A DNA stretch of 64,000 bases from the NCBI GenBank assembly GCA_028688375.1, contig JAQTYG010000002.1:3841-67840 (forward strand), read 5' to 3'. Both the position numbers and the translations under genes were made by a program. This DNA comes from Patescibacteria group bacterium (lineage in GTDB: Bacteria; Patescibacteriota; Patescibacteriia; Magasanikbacterales; GWA2-37-8). The notes under the pieces were generated by a model. It made no database searches, was not told the origin of the DNA, and was given only the letters and a program-made list of their open reading frames with translations. This document shows, one piece after another, positions 1 through 8,602 of this stretch (its first letter is position 1; every line of letters starts with the position of its first letter).

Positions 1-11
1 TACCCGGCGGC

Positions 12-344
12 ATGTTGGAGACGATAAAAAAGTCTAAGGCAAAAATTATTTATGTCGCGGGCAATGCCTATCGTTTGGACGGAGAAACCGGCCCGGAAAG
101 ATTGAGCGATTTTGTCTGGCAATTGGAGCAATATTTACCGCGTCAGGTTGCTTGCTTAATACACAATAATCATAAGCCCAAAGGGGCGGAAAAGAAATTT
201 TACAAAAAACGAAAATGGGGAATTTTTGACTTTGACCGTAAGTATTTAAAAAACCACAAAATAATAAGCACTGATTTGGAAAGAGCTGGCGGGGGATTGT
301 GTGATATAAAATTAGGAAAAGTTTTTAAAAAAATATTACTTTAA
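12..344 (+). CDS. hypothetical protein (ORF may continue upstream of window start)
   Basis: 110-aa ORF at window edge, no recognisable motif; next gene starts 5 nt after its stop (operon-like). Confidence 0.3.
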   Translation: MLETIKKSKAKIIYVAGNAYRLDGETGPERLSDFVWQLEQYLPRQVACLIHNNHKPKGAEKKFYKKRKWGIFDFDRKYLKNHKIISTDLERAGGGLCDIKLGKVFKKILL

Positions 345-349
345 AAAAT

Positions 350-1240
350 ATGCTTTGTCAGCGCATCAAAATGAAAAATCCCAATATTCTTGCCGTATGC
401 CCGGACGCTGAGTACGCGCTTCTGGATTCAGGCGACGGCGAAAAATTGGAACAGTACGGCGAATTTGTCTTATCTCGGCCTGACCCACAGGCGCTTTGGA
501 AAAAGAAACTATCGGAAAAAGAATGGGCCAAAGCCGATGCGGTATTTTTGCGCGATGGCAAATCCACAGAATGGAAAATAAAACCTGGTGTGCCAAAAAA
601 GTGGTCGGTAGAATTGCAGGGACTGAAATTTTGGGTTAAACCGACTTCTTTCAAACACACAGGTTTATTTCCCGAACAATCCAGCAACTGGTATTGGCTG
701 TCAGGCATCATTCAGGCCTCCAAGAGGCCGCTGGAAGTGCTTAATCTCTTTGGTTACACCGGAGGCGCAACGCTCGCCTGTGCTGCCACAGGGGCGAAGG
801 TTTGCCATGTTGACGGTTCCAAAGTTGCAGTTACATGGGCGCGGGAAAACGCGGAATTGAATAATTTGCAGGACAAGCCGATACGCTGGATAATTGATGA
901 CGTTGTCAAATTCATAAAACGGGAAATAAAACGCGGACATAAATACGATGGTATCATTATGGACCCGCCGGCTTTTGGCCATGGACCGACCGGAGAAATG
1001 TGGAAGATTGAAGAAAATTTTCTTGCTTTGCTGGATGATTGTAAAAAAATATTGTCCGACCAGCCGGTCTTCTTTTTGGTAAACGGCTATTCCTCCGGTT
1101 ATTCGGCCATTGCCTACGAAAATGCCTTGCGCGATTTGTTGGGGGAACACGGTGAGATGGAAAAAGGCGCTCTAACTATCCGCGAACGCGATACCGAGCG
1201 ACTTTTGCCCTGCGGGATTTTCGCGCGGTGGAAAGCATAA
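350..1240 (+). CDS. class I SAM-dependent rRNA methyltransferase (RlmI/RlmK-like)
   Basis: SAM-binding motif LNLFGYTGGATLACA and catalytic DPPAFG motif typical of RlmI-type methyltransferases; true start may be internal Met at nt 371 (MKNPNIL). Confidence 0.6.
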   Translation: MLCQRIKMKNPNILAVCPDAEYALLDSGDGEKLEQYGEFVLSRPDPQALWKKKLSEKEWAKADAVFLRDGKSTEWKIKPGVPKKWSVELQGLKFWVKPTSFKHTGLFPEQSSNWYWLSGIIQASKRPLEVLNLFGYTGGATLACAATGAKVCHVDGSKVAVTWARENAELNNLQDKPIRWIIDDVVKFIKREIKRGHKYDGIIMDPPAFGHGPTGEMWKIEENFLALLDDCKKILSDQPVFFLVNGYSSGYSAIAYENALRDLLGEHGEMEKGALTIRERDTERLLPCGIFARWKA

Positions 1241-1244
1241 TATT

Positions 1245-1715
1245 ATGAAAAAATTAATAATAATACGCGGTCCGCTTGGCGTTGGCAAATCAACTGTTTC
1301 AAAAATATTGTCTAAAAAAATACAGGCTGAATATATATCGCTGGATAAAGTTTTAGAAGATAATGATTTGGATAGCAAAGGCGGCATCCCTTTGGAAAAT
1401 TTCTTAAAGGCGAACGAAATTATTAGAGATTTAGGTGCTAAAAGTACGAAAACCGTCGTCCTTGATGGTTGTTTTTATTATCAGGAACAAATTGATGATT
1501 TGATGGCAAAATTTGATGGTGACGCGGCAATTTTTACGCTGATGAGCGGTGTTGAAACATGTATCCAGAGGGATTTAAAGAGAGAAAAAGTTTATGGAGA
1601 AGATGCGACAAGATTTGTATATGCGATTACTGCAAGGATTAGCTCTGGATATCAAATTGATAATAGTAATTTATCTGCTGAAAAAACGGTCGAAAAAATA
1701 ATGGAGAAATTGTGA
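1245..1715 (+). CDS. P-loop NTPase / kinase-like ATP-binding protein
   Basis: Walker A GPLGVGKST at N-terminus; 156 aa; family not resolvable by eye. Confidence 0.5.
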   Translation: MKKLIIIRGPLGVGKSTVSKILSKKIQAEYISLDKVLEDNDLDSKGGIPLENFLKANEIIRDLGAKSTKTVVLDGCFYYQEQIDDLMAKFDGDAAIFTLMSGVETCIQRDLKREKVYGEDATRFVYAITARISSGYQIDNSNLSAEKTVEKIMEKL

Positions 1716-1718
1716 TTT

Positions 1719-2366
1719 ATGCCTTTTAAAGTTCTCTACGAGGATAATCATCTAATTGCCGTCTTCAAGCCGGCCGGTGTTTTGGTACAAGGCGATAAAA
1801 CCGAAGACCCGTGTTTAATGGACGACGTAAAAAAATATCTTAAAGAAAAATATAAAAAATCCGGTAATGTATTTTTGGGGTTGTTGCACCGGCTGGACCG
1901 TCCGGTTTCAGGGATTGTGCTGTTTGCAAAAACCAGTAAAGGCGCGTCAAGATTGTCCGAACAAATTAGAAATCATGAATTTAAAAAAGAATATCAGGCG
2001 CTGGTTGAGGGCGCGCTAAAAGAAAAAAAAGCGGTTCTGAAGAATTATCTTTTGCACGACGAAAAAACCAACAAGGCAAAAATTCTTGATAAAAAAATCG
2101 GCGAAGCGCAACTGGCGGAATTGTCCTATGAAGTAATGGAAACTCGCGGCAAAAATTTTTTGCTCAAAATTGATCTGAAAACCGGACGGCACCATCAGAT
2201 TCGCGCCCAGCTGGCCCATCTCGGCCATCCGATCGTCGGCGATATTAAATACGGCGCCCTGGCGCCGTATAAAGAAGGACAAATCGCCCTCTGTGCCAGC
2301 CGGGTTACTTTCCAAACCGCTACCGGAAAAGAAATGAAGAAAATAGAAGTCGAACCTACTTTTTAA
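1719..2366 (+). CDS. RluA-family pseudouridine synthase
   Basis: HRLDRPVSG catalytic-Asp motif (HRLDxxTSG-like) and overall RluA/RsuA layout. Confidence 0.8.
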   Translation: MPFKVLYEDNHLIAVFKPAGVLVQGDKTEDPCLMDDVKKYLKEKYKKSGNVFLGLLHRLDRPVSGIVLFAKTSKGASRLSEQIRNHEFKKEYQALVEGALKEKKAVLKNYLLHDEKTNKAKILDKKIGEAQLAELSYEVMETRGKNFLLKIDLKTGRHHQIRAQLAHLGHPIVGDIKYGALAPYKEGQIALCASRVTFQTATGKEMKKIEVEPTF

Positions 2367-3057
2367 GGTATCGTTGGCGTTTATTTTCCGGAAATTTTTC
2401 AATCGCGTACCGAAGCATGGTGCGCGGCATTTTTTTATAGCGCGGTTTTAGGTATTTTATCAAAACAGACACATTTTTTTTACCCACCTCGCGCAGCATC
2501 CAGCCGACGGCCTTGTGTATCAAATCGTGCGTATCCGTCAGTAATATGTCGGCGATCTTTAGGGTGTCATCAAATTTTTCGGCGCGGATGAAGGCCGCCG
2601 TCGCTATCATGGCAATCCGGCGCTCCCAAAGATTTTTGGAGCGCGCCAGTTTATATAGTATCTTCCGGTCGCGATTCAAAAGCCAAGCGCCGACGATGTT
2701 TGGCGCGGATAAATCAACTAAATCCCAGTTATTTATTTTTTTGGTATTTTTCAGATAAAATTTATGAATCGCGTTCCGCTGCTCCTGGCTGCCTTTGGTA
2801 TATTGCAAATTAAGTATTATTAGGCCGAGCAGGCGTAATTCATGATGGGGGTTGTTTATCAGTTTTTGGACATCGTTTAACGACAGAGACCGGTAATATT
2901 TTTTTGCCACCGATCTAGTCTGCGGCACCATTACACCTAAAAAAATATCACCCTCGCCGTATTGTCCTCGGCCGGTCTTAAAAAATCCCGCTAAAAGTTT
3001 GGCCTTTTTGGCGTTGGCGAGTTGTTTCATTTCTTTTTGGATTGCCATCATCGGCAT
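2356..3057 (-). CDS. DNA alkylation repair protein (AlkD/AlkC-like HEAT-repeat)
   Basis: 233 aa helical repeat protein with N-terminal AKKAKLLAGFFKTG...WDLVD pattern resembling DNA alkylation repair enzyme family. Confidence 0.5.
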   Translation of the reverse strand: MPMMAIQKEMKQLANAKKAKLLAGFFKTGRGQYGEGDIFLGVMVPQTRSVAKKYYRSLSLNDVQKLINNPHHELRLLGLIILNLQYTKGSQEQRNAIHKFYLKNTKKINNWDLVDLSAPNIVGAWLLNRDRKILYKLARSKNLWERRIAMIATAAFIRAEKFDDTLKIADILLTDTHDLIHKAVGWMLREVGKKNVSVLIKYLKPRYKKMPRTMLRYAIEKFPENKRQRYLKK

Positions 3058-3127
3058 ATTGATTTTTCTTTATATCCAGCGTAAAATTCTAAATTAGTAT
3101 AACCCCTATTCAAGTCTCCCGCAAGCT

Positions 3128-4399
3128 ATGATCCAAAAAATTGTTGACCTCCATATTCATTCCCGATATTCGCGGGCCTGCTCGCCCAATTTGGAATTAT
3201 CCCAAATCGCCTTGGCCTGTGAGAAAAAGGGGATAGACATTTGCGCCACCGGTGATTTTACGCATCCGATGTGGTTTGACCATATTAAAAACACGCTGGC
3301 TGAAGATACTGTCGGTCTGTATAAATTAAAAGATGCCAGCTCCAAGACCCGTTTTATCCTCTCCACTGAAATTTCCTGCATTTACAAGCACAAAGACGCC
3401 ACTCGCCGGCTCCATTTGGTGATTTTAGCCCCGAATATTGATGCTGTGGATAAGTTAATTCGAGCTTTAGAGGCTAAAGGCGCCAATTTGCGTTCCGACG
3501 GCCGGCCGATACTGGGCTTGTCAGGCAAGGCCGTTTTGCAGATGCTTTTAGACATAGACAAACGATTTACGCTTATCCCGGCTCATGCCTGGACCCCGTG
3601 GTTTTCGGTGTTTGGCTCGAAATCCGGCTACAATTCTCTGGAAGAATGTTTTGAAGAATTAACTCCGCATGTGCGGGCGATTGAAACCGGTCTGTCCAGC
3701 GACCCAACAATGAATCATCGTTTGAGTGCCTTGGATAATATTACTCTGGTTTCTAATTCCGACGCCCATGGCTTGGAAAATTTAGGACGTGAAGCCAATG
3801 TTCTGGCTTTTGATAACGCCAAAGAAATAACTTACGCGGAAATAAAAAGGATTATTGAATCGGGCGACCGAAAAAAGTTTTTATATACCATAGAATTTTA
3901 TCCGGAAGAGGGGAAATATCATTTTGACGGCCATTTACCCTGCGCAGTCTGTCTGGCGCCGGCCGAAACAAAAAAAGAAAAATATCTTTGTCCGAAGTGC
4001 AAGAAAAAAGTGACGGTCGGTGTTTTACACCGAGTGGACGATCTGGCTGACCGCGCAGAAAAAAATATTCCGGCGGAAAAATTCATCCCGCATCGCTACA
4101 TCATCCCGCTGAAAGAAATTATCGGCAAAGTGATGGGTGTGGGCGCCAAAAGTAAAAAAGTCGAAGCCATCTATTCTGATTTGATAAAAAATTTAGGCAG
4201 TGAATTTGAAATATTATTACATGCCGACATAAAAAAAATTGAAAAACTTGTTGACGACAAAGACATTGCTTTGGCTATCGGGAATATGCGAACGGGGAAA
4301 GTGCTGTTGAAGCCCGGCTATGACGGCCAATACGGCCAAGTGGAGGTTTTGCCCGAAGGTAAGCATAAAAAAGGCCAAAGCCGGCTGTTGCTGGAGTAA
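3128..4399 (+). CDS. endonuclease Q-like PHP-domain nuclease with C-terminal zinc ribbon
   Basis: N-terminal PHP motif DLHIHSRYSRACSP, C-terminal CxxC...CPKC zinc finger, 423 aa matching archaeal EndoQ size and architecture. Confidence 0.55.
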   Translation: MIQKIVDLHIHSRYSRACSPNLELSQIALACEKKGIDICATGDFTHPMWFDHIKNTLAEDTVGLYKLKDASSKTRFILSTEISCIYKHKDATRRLHLVILAPNIDAVDKLIRALEAKGANLRSDGRPILGLSGKAVLQMLLDIDKRFTLIPAHAWTPWFSVFGSKSGYNSLEECFEELTPHVRAIETGLSSDPTMNHRLSALDNITLVSNSDAHGLENLGREANVLAFDNAKEITYAEIKRIIESGDRKKFLYTIEFYPEEGKYHFDGHLPCAVCLAPAETKKEKYLCPKCKKKVTVGVLHRVDDLADRAEKNIPAEKFIPHRYIIPLKEIIGKVMGVGAKSKKVEAIYSDLIKNLGSEFEILLHADIKKIEKLVDDKDIALAIGNMRTGKVLLKPGYDGQYGQVEVLPEGKHKKGQSRLLLE

Positions 4400-4417
4400 A
4401 AAATATCACGAAAACAA

Positions 4418-4452
4418 AAATCCGCTCGCCAGTCGGCGAACGGATTTTTTAA
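4418..4452. terminator. bidirectional intrinsic terminator
   Basis: hairpin aaaaatccgctcgcc-agtc-ggcgaacggattttt with A-tract and T-tract flanks between convergent genes. Confidence 0.7.
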
Positions 4453-4460
4453 AACACAAA

Positions 4461-4532
4461 CTATCTGCGTTTCTTTGCTTTCTTGGCTTTCTTCTTCTTG
4501 GCGACTTTCTTCTTGGCTTTCTTTTTGGCCAT
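4461..4532 (-). CDS. 23-aa poly-Lys/Ala micro-protein (MAKKKAKKKVAKKKKAKKAKKRR)
   Basis: ATG preceded by strong SD (aaggagg, 7-nt spacing) on minus strand, TAG stop, immediately followed by terminator; not in ORF track because under 60 aa. Confidence 0.35.
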   Translation of the reverse strand: MAKKKAKKKVAKKKKAKKAKKRR

Positions 4533-4822
4533 ATTGGGCACCTCCTTTCAACCACGCTGAGAAGCGTGGCCTAAAGATGATTTTTTCTTACTCGCGATCG
4601 CGAGAAAAAATTTTTTTAAAGAGTTTATGCCAACAAGCATTGAGCACAAACTGCTTTCGACCTACCTATATTATAAAATGTTTCTTCGGAAAATGGAATA
4701 GCTAAGGGCAAAGTTATGCACAGTTATGCACAGGTGGTCAAAATATATAAATTTTACCATTTAAGTTGACGAACGCCGATTAATTTGTTTAAATACACGC
4801 ATATTAATGGTAATTTTAATAT

Positions 4823-5665
4823 ATGATTAATGAGAACCACGAGTCAGATGTCAGAAGAAACAAAGAGGTGGTGTTCGCTACCGAAGACGCCGATATCAAA
4901 GAGCTGTTGTCGCTCGGCGCGGCCGAGTATTTTAAGCGAGAATTTCCGGACCTTAAGCATGCTTTTTCCGAACAGCAAGCATGCGTTTGTTGCATGGATG
5001 AGGGTACGGCGCACAAAGACATAAACGGCGAATGGAAGTTGGCTTTGGCCGGTTCCGGCATTTTATACCCGGCGGCCAATGAGGCGGAGCGCCTGGAGAA
5101 GGTGGCAAAGATATTAATTGAACGCGGGGTGACGGACATCACCAGCCATAGCGGTTGCGGAGCGGCCGGTTTGGCCTATCGTCGTGATTTTCCTGACGCC
5201 GATACCCATGAGAATTTGGCGGAAAAAATTGAAGCGTACACCCGGGCGTGGGCGGATAAATTAGCGGAGAAGATTCATGATCTCGGACACGCGGCTGAAC
5301 GCACGCATATTATCGCCGAGGACATGGAACGACCGGTAGAGTTTCATAACGCGCGAGTGGTGTATTTTGACGGCGTCGGCGGATTTAATCCGAACAAAGA
5401 GATCGGCTTGCCGATGGGGTTTGTGATTGAACGCGCCTATCTGCCGGCGGAGTATACGGCCGAGGAATTAAAAGTGGCGGTGGACATCGCTTTCGGCCAT
5501 CACGGTTTTGGAAAATTATTTTATGCGGAATCGCCGTTTGTAATAATTGCGTTGGCGAAGAACGACGAACAGCTGAATAATTTAAAAGATGAAATTTCTT
5601 CCGCCTTAGCCGATAACGAAAATTTTGTTGGCGGGAAAATAAAAATTGATGGATTGATAGTGTAA
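4823..5665 (+). CDS. hypothetical protein
   Basis: 280-aa ORF with promoter-like TTGACG-17-TTAAAT upstream and hairpin terminator downstream; no recognisable family. Confidence 0.5.
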   Translation: MINENHESDVRRNKEVVFATEDADIKELLSLGAAEYFKREFPDLKHAFSEQQACVCCMDEGTAHKDINGEWKLALAGSGILYPAANEAERLEKVAKILIERGVTDITSHSGCGAAGLAYRRDFPDADTHENLAEKIEAYTRAWADKLAEKIHDLGHAAERTHIIAEDMERPVEFHNARVVYFDGVGGFNPNKEIGLPMGFVIERAYLPAEYTAEELKVAVDIAFGHHGFGKLFYAESPFVIIALAKNDEQLNNLKDEISSALADNENFVGGKIKIDGLIV

Positions 5666-5677
5666 AATTTTTGATTT

Positions 5678-5710
5678 AAATATAAAAATGACCGCGCGAG
5701 GCGGTCATTT
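5678..5710 (+). terminator. intrinsic terminator
   Basis: hairpin atgaccgcgcgaggcggtcat followed by ttttatatt. Confidence 0.6.
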
Positions 5711-5718
5711 TTATATTG

Positions 5719-5790
5719 TGCCCCCAGAGAGGATCGAACTCCCATCTTCAGGTTCGAAGCCTGATATTCTATCCATTGAACTATAGGGGC
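5719..5790 (-). tRNA. tRNA-Arg (anticodon TCG)
   Basis: reverse complement folds as cloverleaf: acceptor GCCCCTA/TGGGGGC, anticodon stem TCAGG/CCTGA, loop CTTCGAA, T-arm GGGAG-TTCGATC-CTCTC. Confidence 0.7.
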
Positions 5791-5836
5791 ATATAGCACA
5801 AAACAGTATAGCATAAAATGAAAGAAAAATCAAGAT

Positions 5837-6006
5837 GGGGTCGCCAGGGATTCTGCCTCGACTCGCTCGGTCTTCCGACCTCGCAGTCTGGCCACCGCCG
5901 TCGTCGCAGGGATTCGGAGTCGTCGCCTTCGGCTCCTCCCACGGGAACCTTCGGGTTTCCGTGTACCCTCCTCGGCAATGCGGGGAAATTTTTTCCCCGC
6001 CACCCC
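5837..6006 (-). ncRNA. GC-rich structured RNA, possibly SRP RNA (ffs); strand uncertain
   Basis: 170-nt 65% GC element between two tRNA genes with no ORF; minus-strand reading contains GUC-GGAA-GAC tetraloop hairpin flanked by GCGAG / CGAGCGAG...GAGGCAGAAU resembling SRP helix 8 (E. coli GGUCCGGAAGGAAGCAGCCAAGGCAGAUG); begins GGGG and ends CCCC. Confidence 0.35.
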
Positions 6007-6040
6007 TTTGTCCGAATCTCTGGCCAATCCAAAATAATAT

Positions 6041-6076
6041 AAAAAATGTCCCAGCTTCGCGGGACATTTTTTATAT
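6041..6076. terminator. bidirectional intrinsic terminator hairpin
   Basis: aaaaaatgtccc-agcttcgc-gggacatttttt, T-runs on both sides. Confidence 0.6.
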
Positions 6077-6079
6077 ATG

Positions 6080-6152
6080 TGGGCTGCCAGGGATTCGGAC
6101 CCTGGACCTTGTCCTTAAGAGGGACCTGCTCTACCAGCTGAGCTAGCAGCCC
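6080..6152 (-). tRNA. tRNA-Lys (anticodon CTT)
   Basis: reverse complement GGGCTGC...GCAGCCCA, D-arm GCTCAGCTGGTAGAGC, anticodon loop CTCTTAA, T-arm CAGGG-TCCGAAT-CCCTG. Confidence 0.75.
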
Positions 6153-6170
6153 GTGGTTGGTTGCGCATGA

Positions 6171-6288
6171 GTGAATCAAATGCCTGTTGAAGACAACCGC
6201 GGAGCGACGGCGACATAGCCGGAGTGAGCGTTAGGGCGACGAGCCCTCAGGCGAGGAGACCCGTGTCTGAAACGGGCATTTGATTCAC
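6171..6288. repeat. 118-nt element closed by an 18-bp inverted repeat (long hairpin) immediately 3' of rnc
   Basis: gtgaatcaaatgcctgtt (6171-6188) pairs with aacgggcatttgattcac (6271-6288), one G-U; GC-rich interior without ORF. Confidence 0.5.
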
Positions 6289-6298
6289 GAATAGTTGG

Positions 6299-7063
6299 TT
6301 ACAACGGATCGCCAGGATTTCTTTTTATAATATTAATCGTCGGTCCTTTCCAGCCTTTAGCTTGCACCCCCATTTCCGCCGCCTCGGTCTGCGCCTCCTG
6401 TTTGCTCATACCTTCGCCGGTGGCTACCAGTTCTTTGCCGATATACACGCCGACTTTAAATGTTTTGGCGTGGTCCGGGCCTTCTTCGCTCATCACTTTG
6501 TAAGTCGGAGTCACCCCGAGCAATTCCTGCGCCGATTCTTGAAATCGGCTCTTGGCATCCAAATATAATCCATTTTCTAAAATATACGGCAATTTCGGCA
6601 ACACCCATTCGGCAATAAATTTCTTCGCCGCCTCATAACCGCCGTCCAAATAAATCGCTCCGGTGACGGATTCCATGGTGTTGGCCATGATATAATCGCG
6701 GGCTTTGGTGCCGGCGTCTTTGGCTTCGCCGTGGCTCAAAAACAAATACGGTTCCATGCCGATTTCATAGGCGATGCTGGCTAGGGTTTTAGCATTCACC
6801 AGCGCCGCGCGCCAGTTGGTCAATTCGCCTTCGGGGTTGCCGTATTCATTAAAAAGAAATTCAGTCACTACCAATTCCACTACCGCGTCGCCCAAAAATT
6901 CCAGACGTTCGTTATGTCCCAGCGGAAAATCATGATGTTCATTTAAATAGGAGCGATGAACAAACGCTTGAATCAACAATTCCGGATTATTAAAAGTAAT
7001 GCCGATTTTTTTCTGCAAGGCATCAAAATCTTTTTCAATAACTTCCGGTCTGTCTGTGATCAT
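6299..7063 (-). CDS. rnc: ribonuclease III
   Basis: RNase III signature [11 protein letters not shown]-terminal dsRBD-like region. Confidence 0.9.
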   Translation of the reverse strand: MITDRPEVIEKDFDALQKKIGITFNNPELLIQAFVHRSYLNEHHDFPLGHNERLEFLGDAVVELVVTEFLFNEYGNPEGELTNWRAALVNAKTLASIAYEIGMEPYLFLSHGEAKDAGTKARDYIMANTMESVTGAIYLDGGYEAAKKFIAEWVLPKLPYILENGLYLDAKSRFQESAQELLGVTPTYKVMSEEGPDHAKTFKVGVYIGKELVATGEGMSKQEAQTEAAEMGVQAKGWKGPTINIIKRNPGDPL

Positions 7064-7524
7064 ACATGTTTAGTTTCTTCCGGCTTTTTTTCCGGAGTAG
7101 CCGGCGCTTCCGGCGCCATGTTTTTATAAATCGCGCCTAACACGCCATTCACAAATTTACCGGATGAATGCCCGCCATAACTTTTGGCCAATTCAATCGC
7201 CTCGTTAATAGCAACTTTGGGCGGCACATCTTTGCTGAAAGCTAACTCAAAAATGCCCAGCCGCAGGATATTTCTATCCACCACGGTAATTTGGTCAATC
7301 GGCCAATCCGAAGCGTATTCAGTGATAATCTTGTCAATTTTTTTCAAATTGGCAACCACCCCGTTGATTAAACTGACCGCGAAATCTTTTTCCTGCAATC
7401 CGTCGCCGAATTCTTTGAGCGTATGCTCTAAAATTTCCGGCAAACGATTGGTGTCTTTTTCGCGGAAATCCCATTCAAACAAAGTTTGCATGGCGATGCT
7501 TCTCGCCAAATGGCGATTGGACAT
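7060..7524 (-). CDS. nusB: transcription antitermination factor NusB
   Basis: NusB-like helical protein ([14 protein letters not shown]...), 4-nt overlap with rnc start. Confidence 0.8.
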   Translation of the reverse strand: MSNRHLARSIAMQTLFEWDFREKDTNRLPEILEHTLKEFGDGLQEKDFAVSLINGVVANLKKIDKIITEYASDWPIDQITVVDRNILRLGIFELAFSKDVPPKVAINEAIELAKSYGGHSSGKFVNGVLGAIYKNMAPEAPATPEKKPEETKHV

Positions 7525-7571
7525 AGGCTAAAGATCAAGATTTAAACGAAAATTTACTGGGGAGAGGGGCC

Positions 7572-7784
7572 TTACTTTTTGCCTCTTTTAGCGGTGCGGG
7601 CCGTTTTACGGCTGACGCTCAGAACCTCACGTCCTTTATAGGTACCGCAAAATCCGCAAGCGCGATGCGGCCTGATCGGTTTTTCGCACTTGGGGCAAGA
7701 ATTAATGGTCGTAGCGGAGAGCGCGAAGTGCGCTGCACGGCGGCGTTTGTGTGACGAAGTCCGTCGATGGCCTGGTAAACCCAT
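7572..7784 (-). CDS. rpmF: 50S ribosomal protein L32
   Basis: zinc-ribbon CPKC...CGFCGTYKGREV and basic N-terminus typical of bL32. Confidence 0.75.
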   Translation of the reverse strand: MGLPGHRRTSSHKRRRAAHFALSATTINSCPKCEKPIRPHRACGFCGTYKGREVLSVSRKTARTAKRGKK

Positions 7785-7895
7785 ATATTTATTTTAATGA
7801 TTGATAAGTAAAATCGGCTGTAATTATACTATAAAATTAGCCTTTTGGCAAGAGAGGTTTTTTTGGCTAAAAATGGCGGCCGGGCAGAGGGGGGG

Positions 7896-7924
7896 TTGAC
7901 AAAAAGGTAAAAGTGTGCTATTAT
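7896..7924 (+). promoter_or_regulatory. sigma70-type promoter (TTGACA-17-TATTAT, extended -10 TG)
   Basis: ttgacaaaaaggtaaaagtgtgctattat; near-identical copy at 17287-17315. Confidence 0.6.
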
Positions 7925-8170
7925 ATTCAGTTAACAATTCAGACCGCCTGTTTCTGGAGAGAGTCGGGCGGACAAAAATGGCTTTAATTAGCCAAAGTTA
8001 TTGAAAAACTTCTCGTTTTACGGGGGTTTTCGCACCTTAAAATGGTTTTAGCGCTAAATAAAGGGTTGTCGTGTAGAGATAGTATCTGATTGATCTGTCT
8101 ATAGAAAAATAAATTAACACCAACCTTTTATTGAGCGCTAAACCCCCAACCAACCACCAAGGAGGAATCC

Positions 8171-8602
8171 ATGGCAAACGAGGATACCAACAAGTTCGCG
8201 TGCGTGGCTTGCGGTCGCCCCATCAACTCCGACGCGGCGAAGATCGCGGCGCGAATCCCGGCGCGCGACGTCATCGTCGCGAAGCTGGGGAGGGCCGACC
8301 TCACGGTCGCGGACCTCGGCAAGTTCGTCGTGTGCGGGGGCTGCGGCGTCATCGCCGACCGCAAGGGGGCCAAGACGGCCGCCTTCACGGCCGCGCTCGC
8401 CGCCGTCCGCATGGACGAGGAGGAGCGACGAGCCCTCGCGGCGGCGAGGCAGGAGGCGCAGGAGGCGGTGAAGTCGAGGATCGGCGACCTCTTCGGAGTC
8501 TCTATCGAGGAGACCGAGGAGGCCACGGTCACGACGATCACGCCGACGGCCGCGAGAAAGGTCAAGGAAGGGGGGCGGAAGAGGGTCCGCAAGGCCTCGT
8601 AG
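8171..8602 (+). CDS. GC-rich (about 68%) ORFan, putative zinc-ribbon protein
   Basis: strong SD ccaaggaggaatccATG; two CxxC pairs (CVAC, CGGC); Ala/Arg/Glu-rich; GC content far above flanking genes. Confidence 0.5.
   Translation: MANEDTNKFACVACGRPINSDAAKIAARIPARDVIVAKLGRADLTVADLGKFVVCGGCGVIADRKGAKTAAFTAALAAVRMDEEERRALAAARQEAQEAVKSRIGDLFGVSIEETEEATVTTITPTAARKVKEGGRKRVRKAS

Noticed and set aside
5837-5870. Plus-strand GGGGUCGCCAGGGAUUCUGCCUCGAC resembling a tmRNA 5' end
   Set aside because: The element is only about 170 nt, with no tag-peptide reading frame, no resume codon and no 3' tRNA-like T-arm/CCA; SRP-like features on the other strand fit better.
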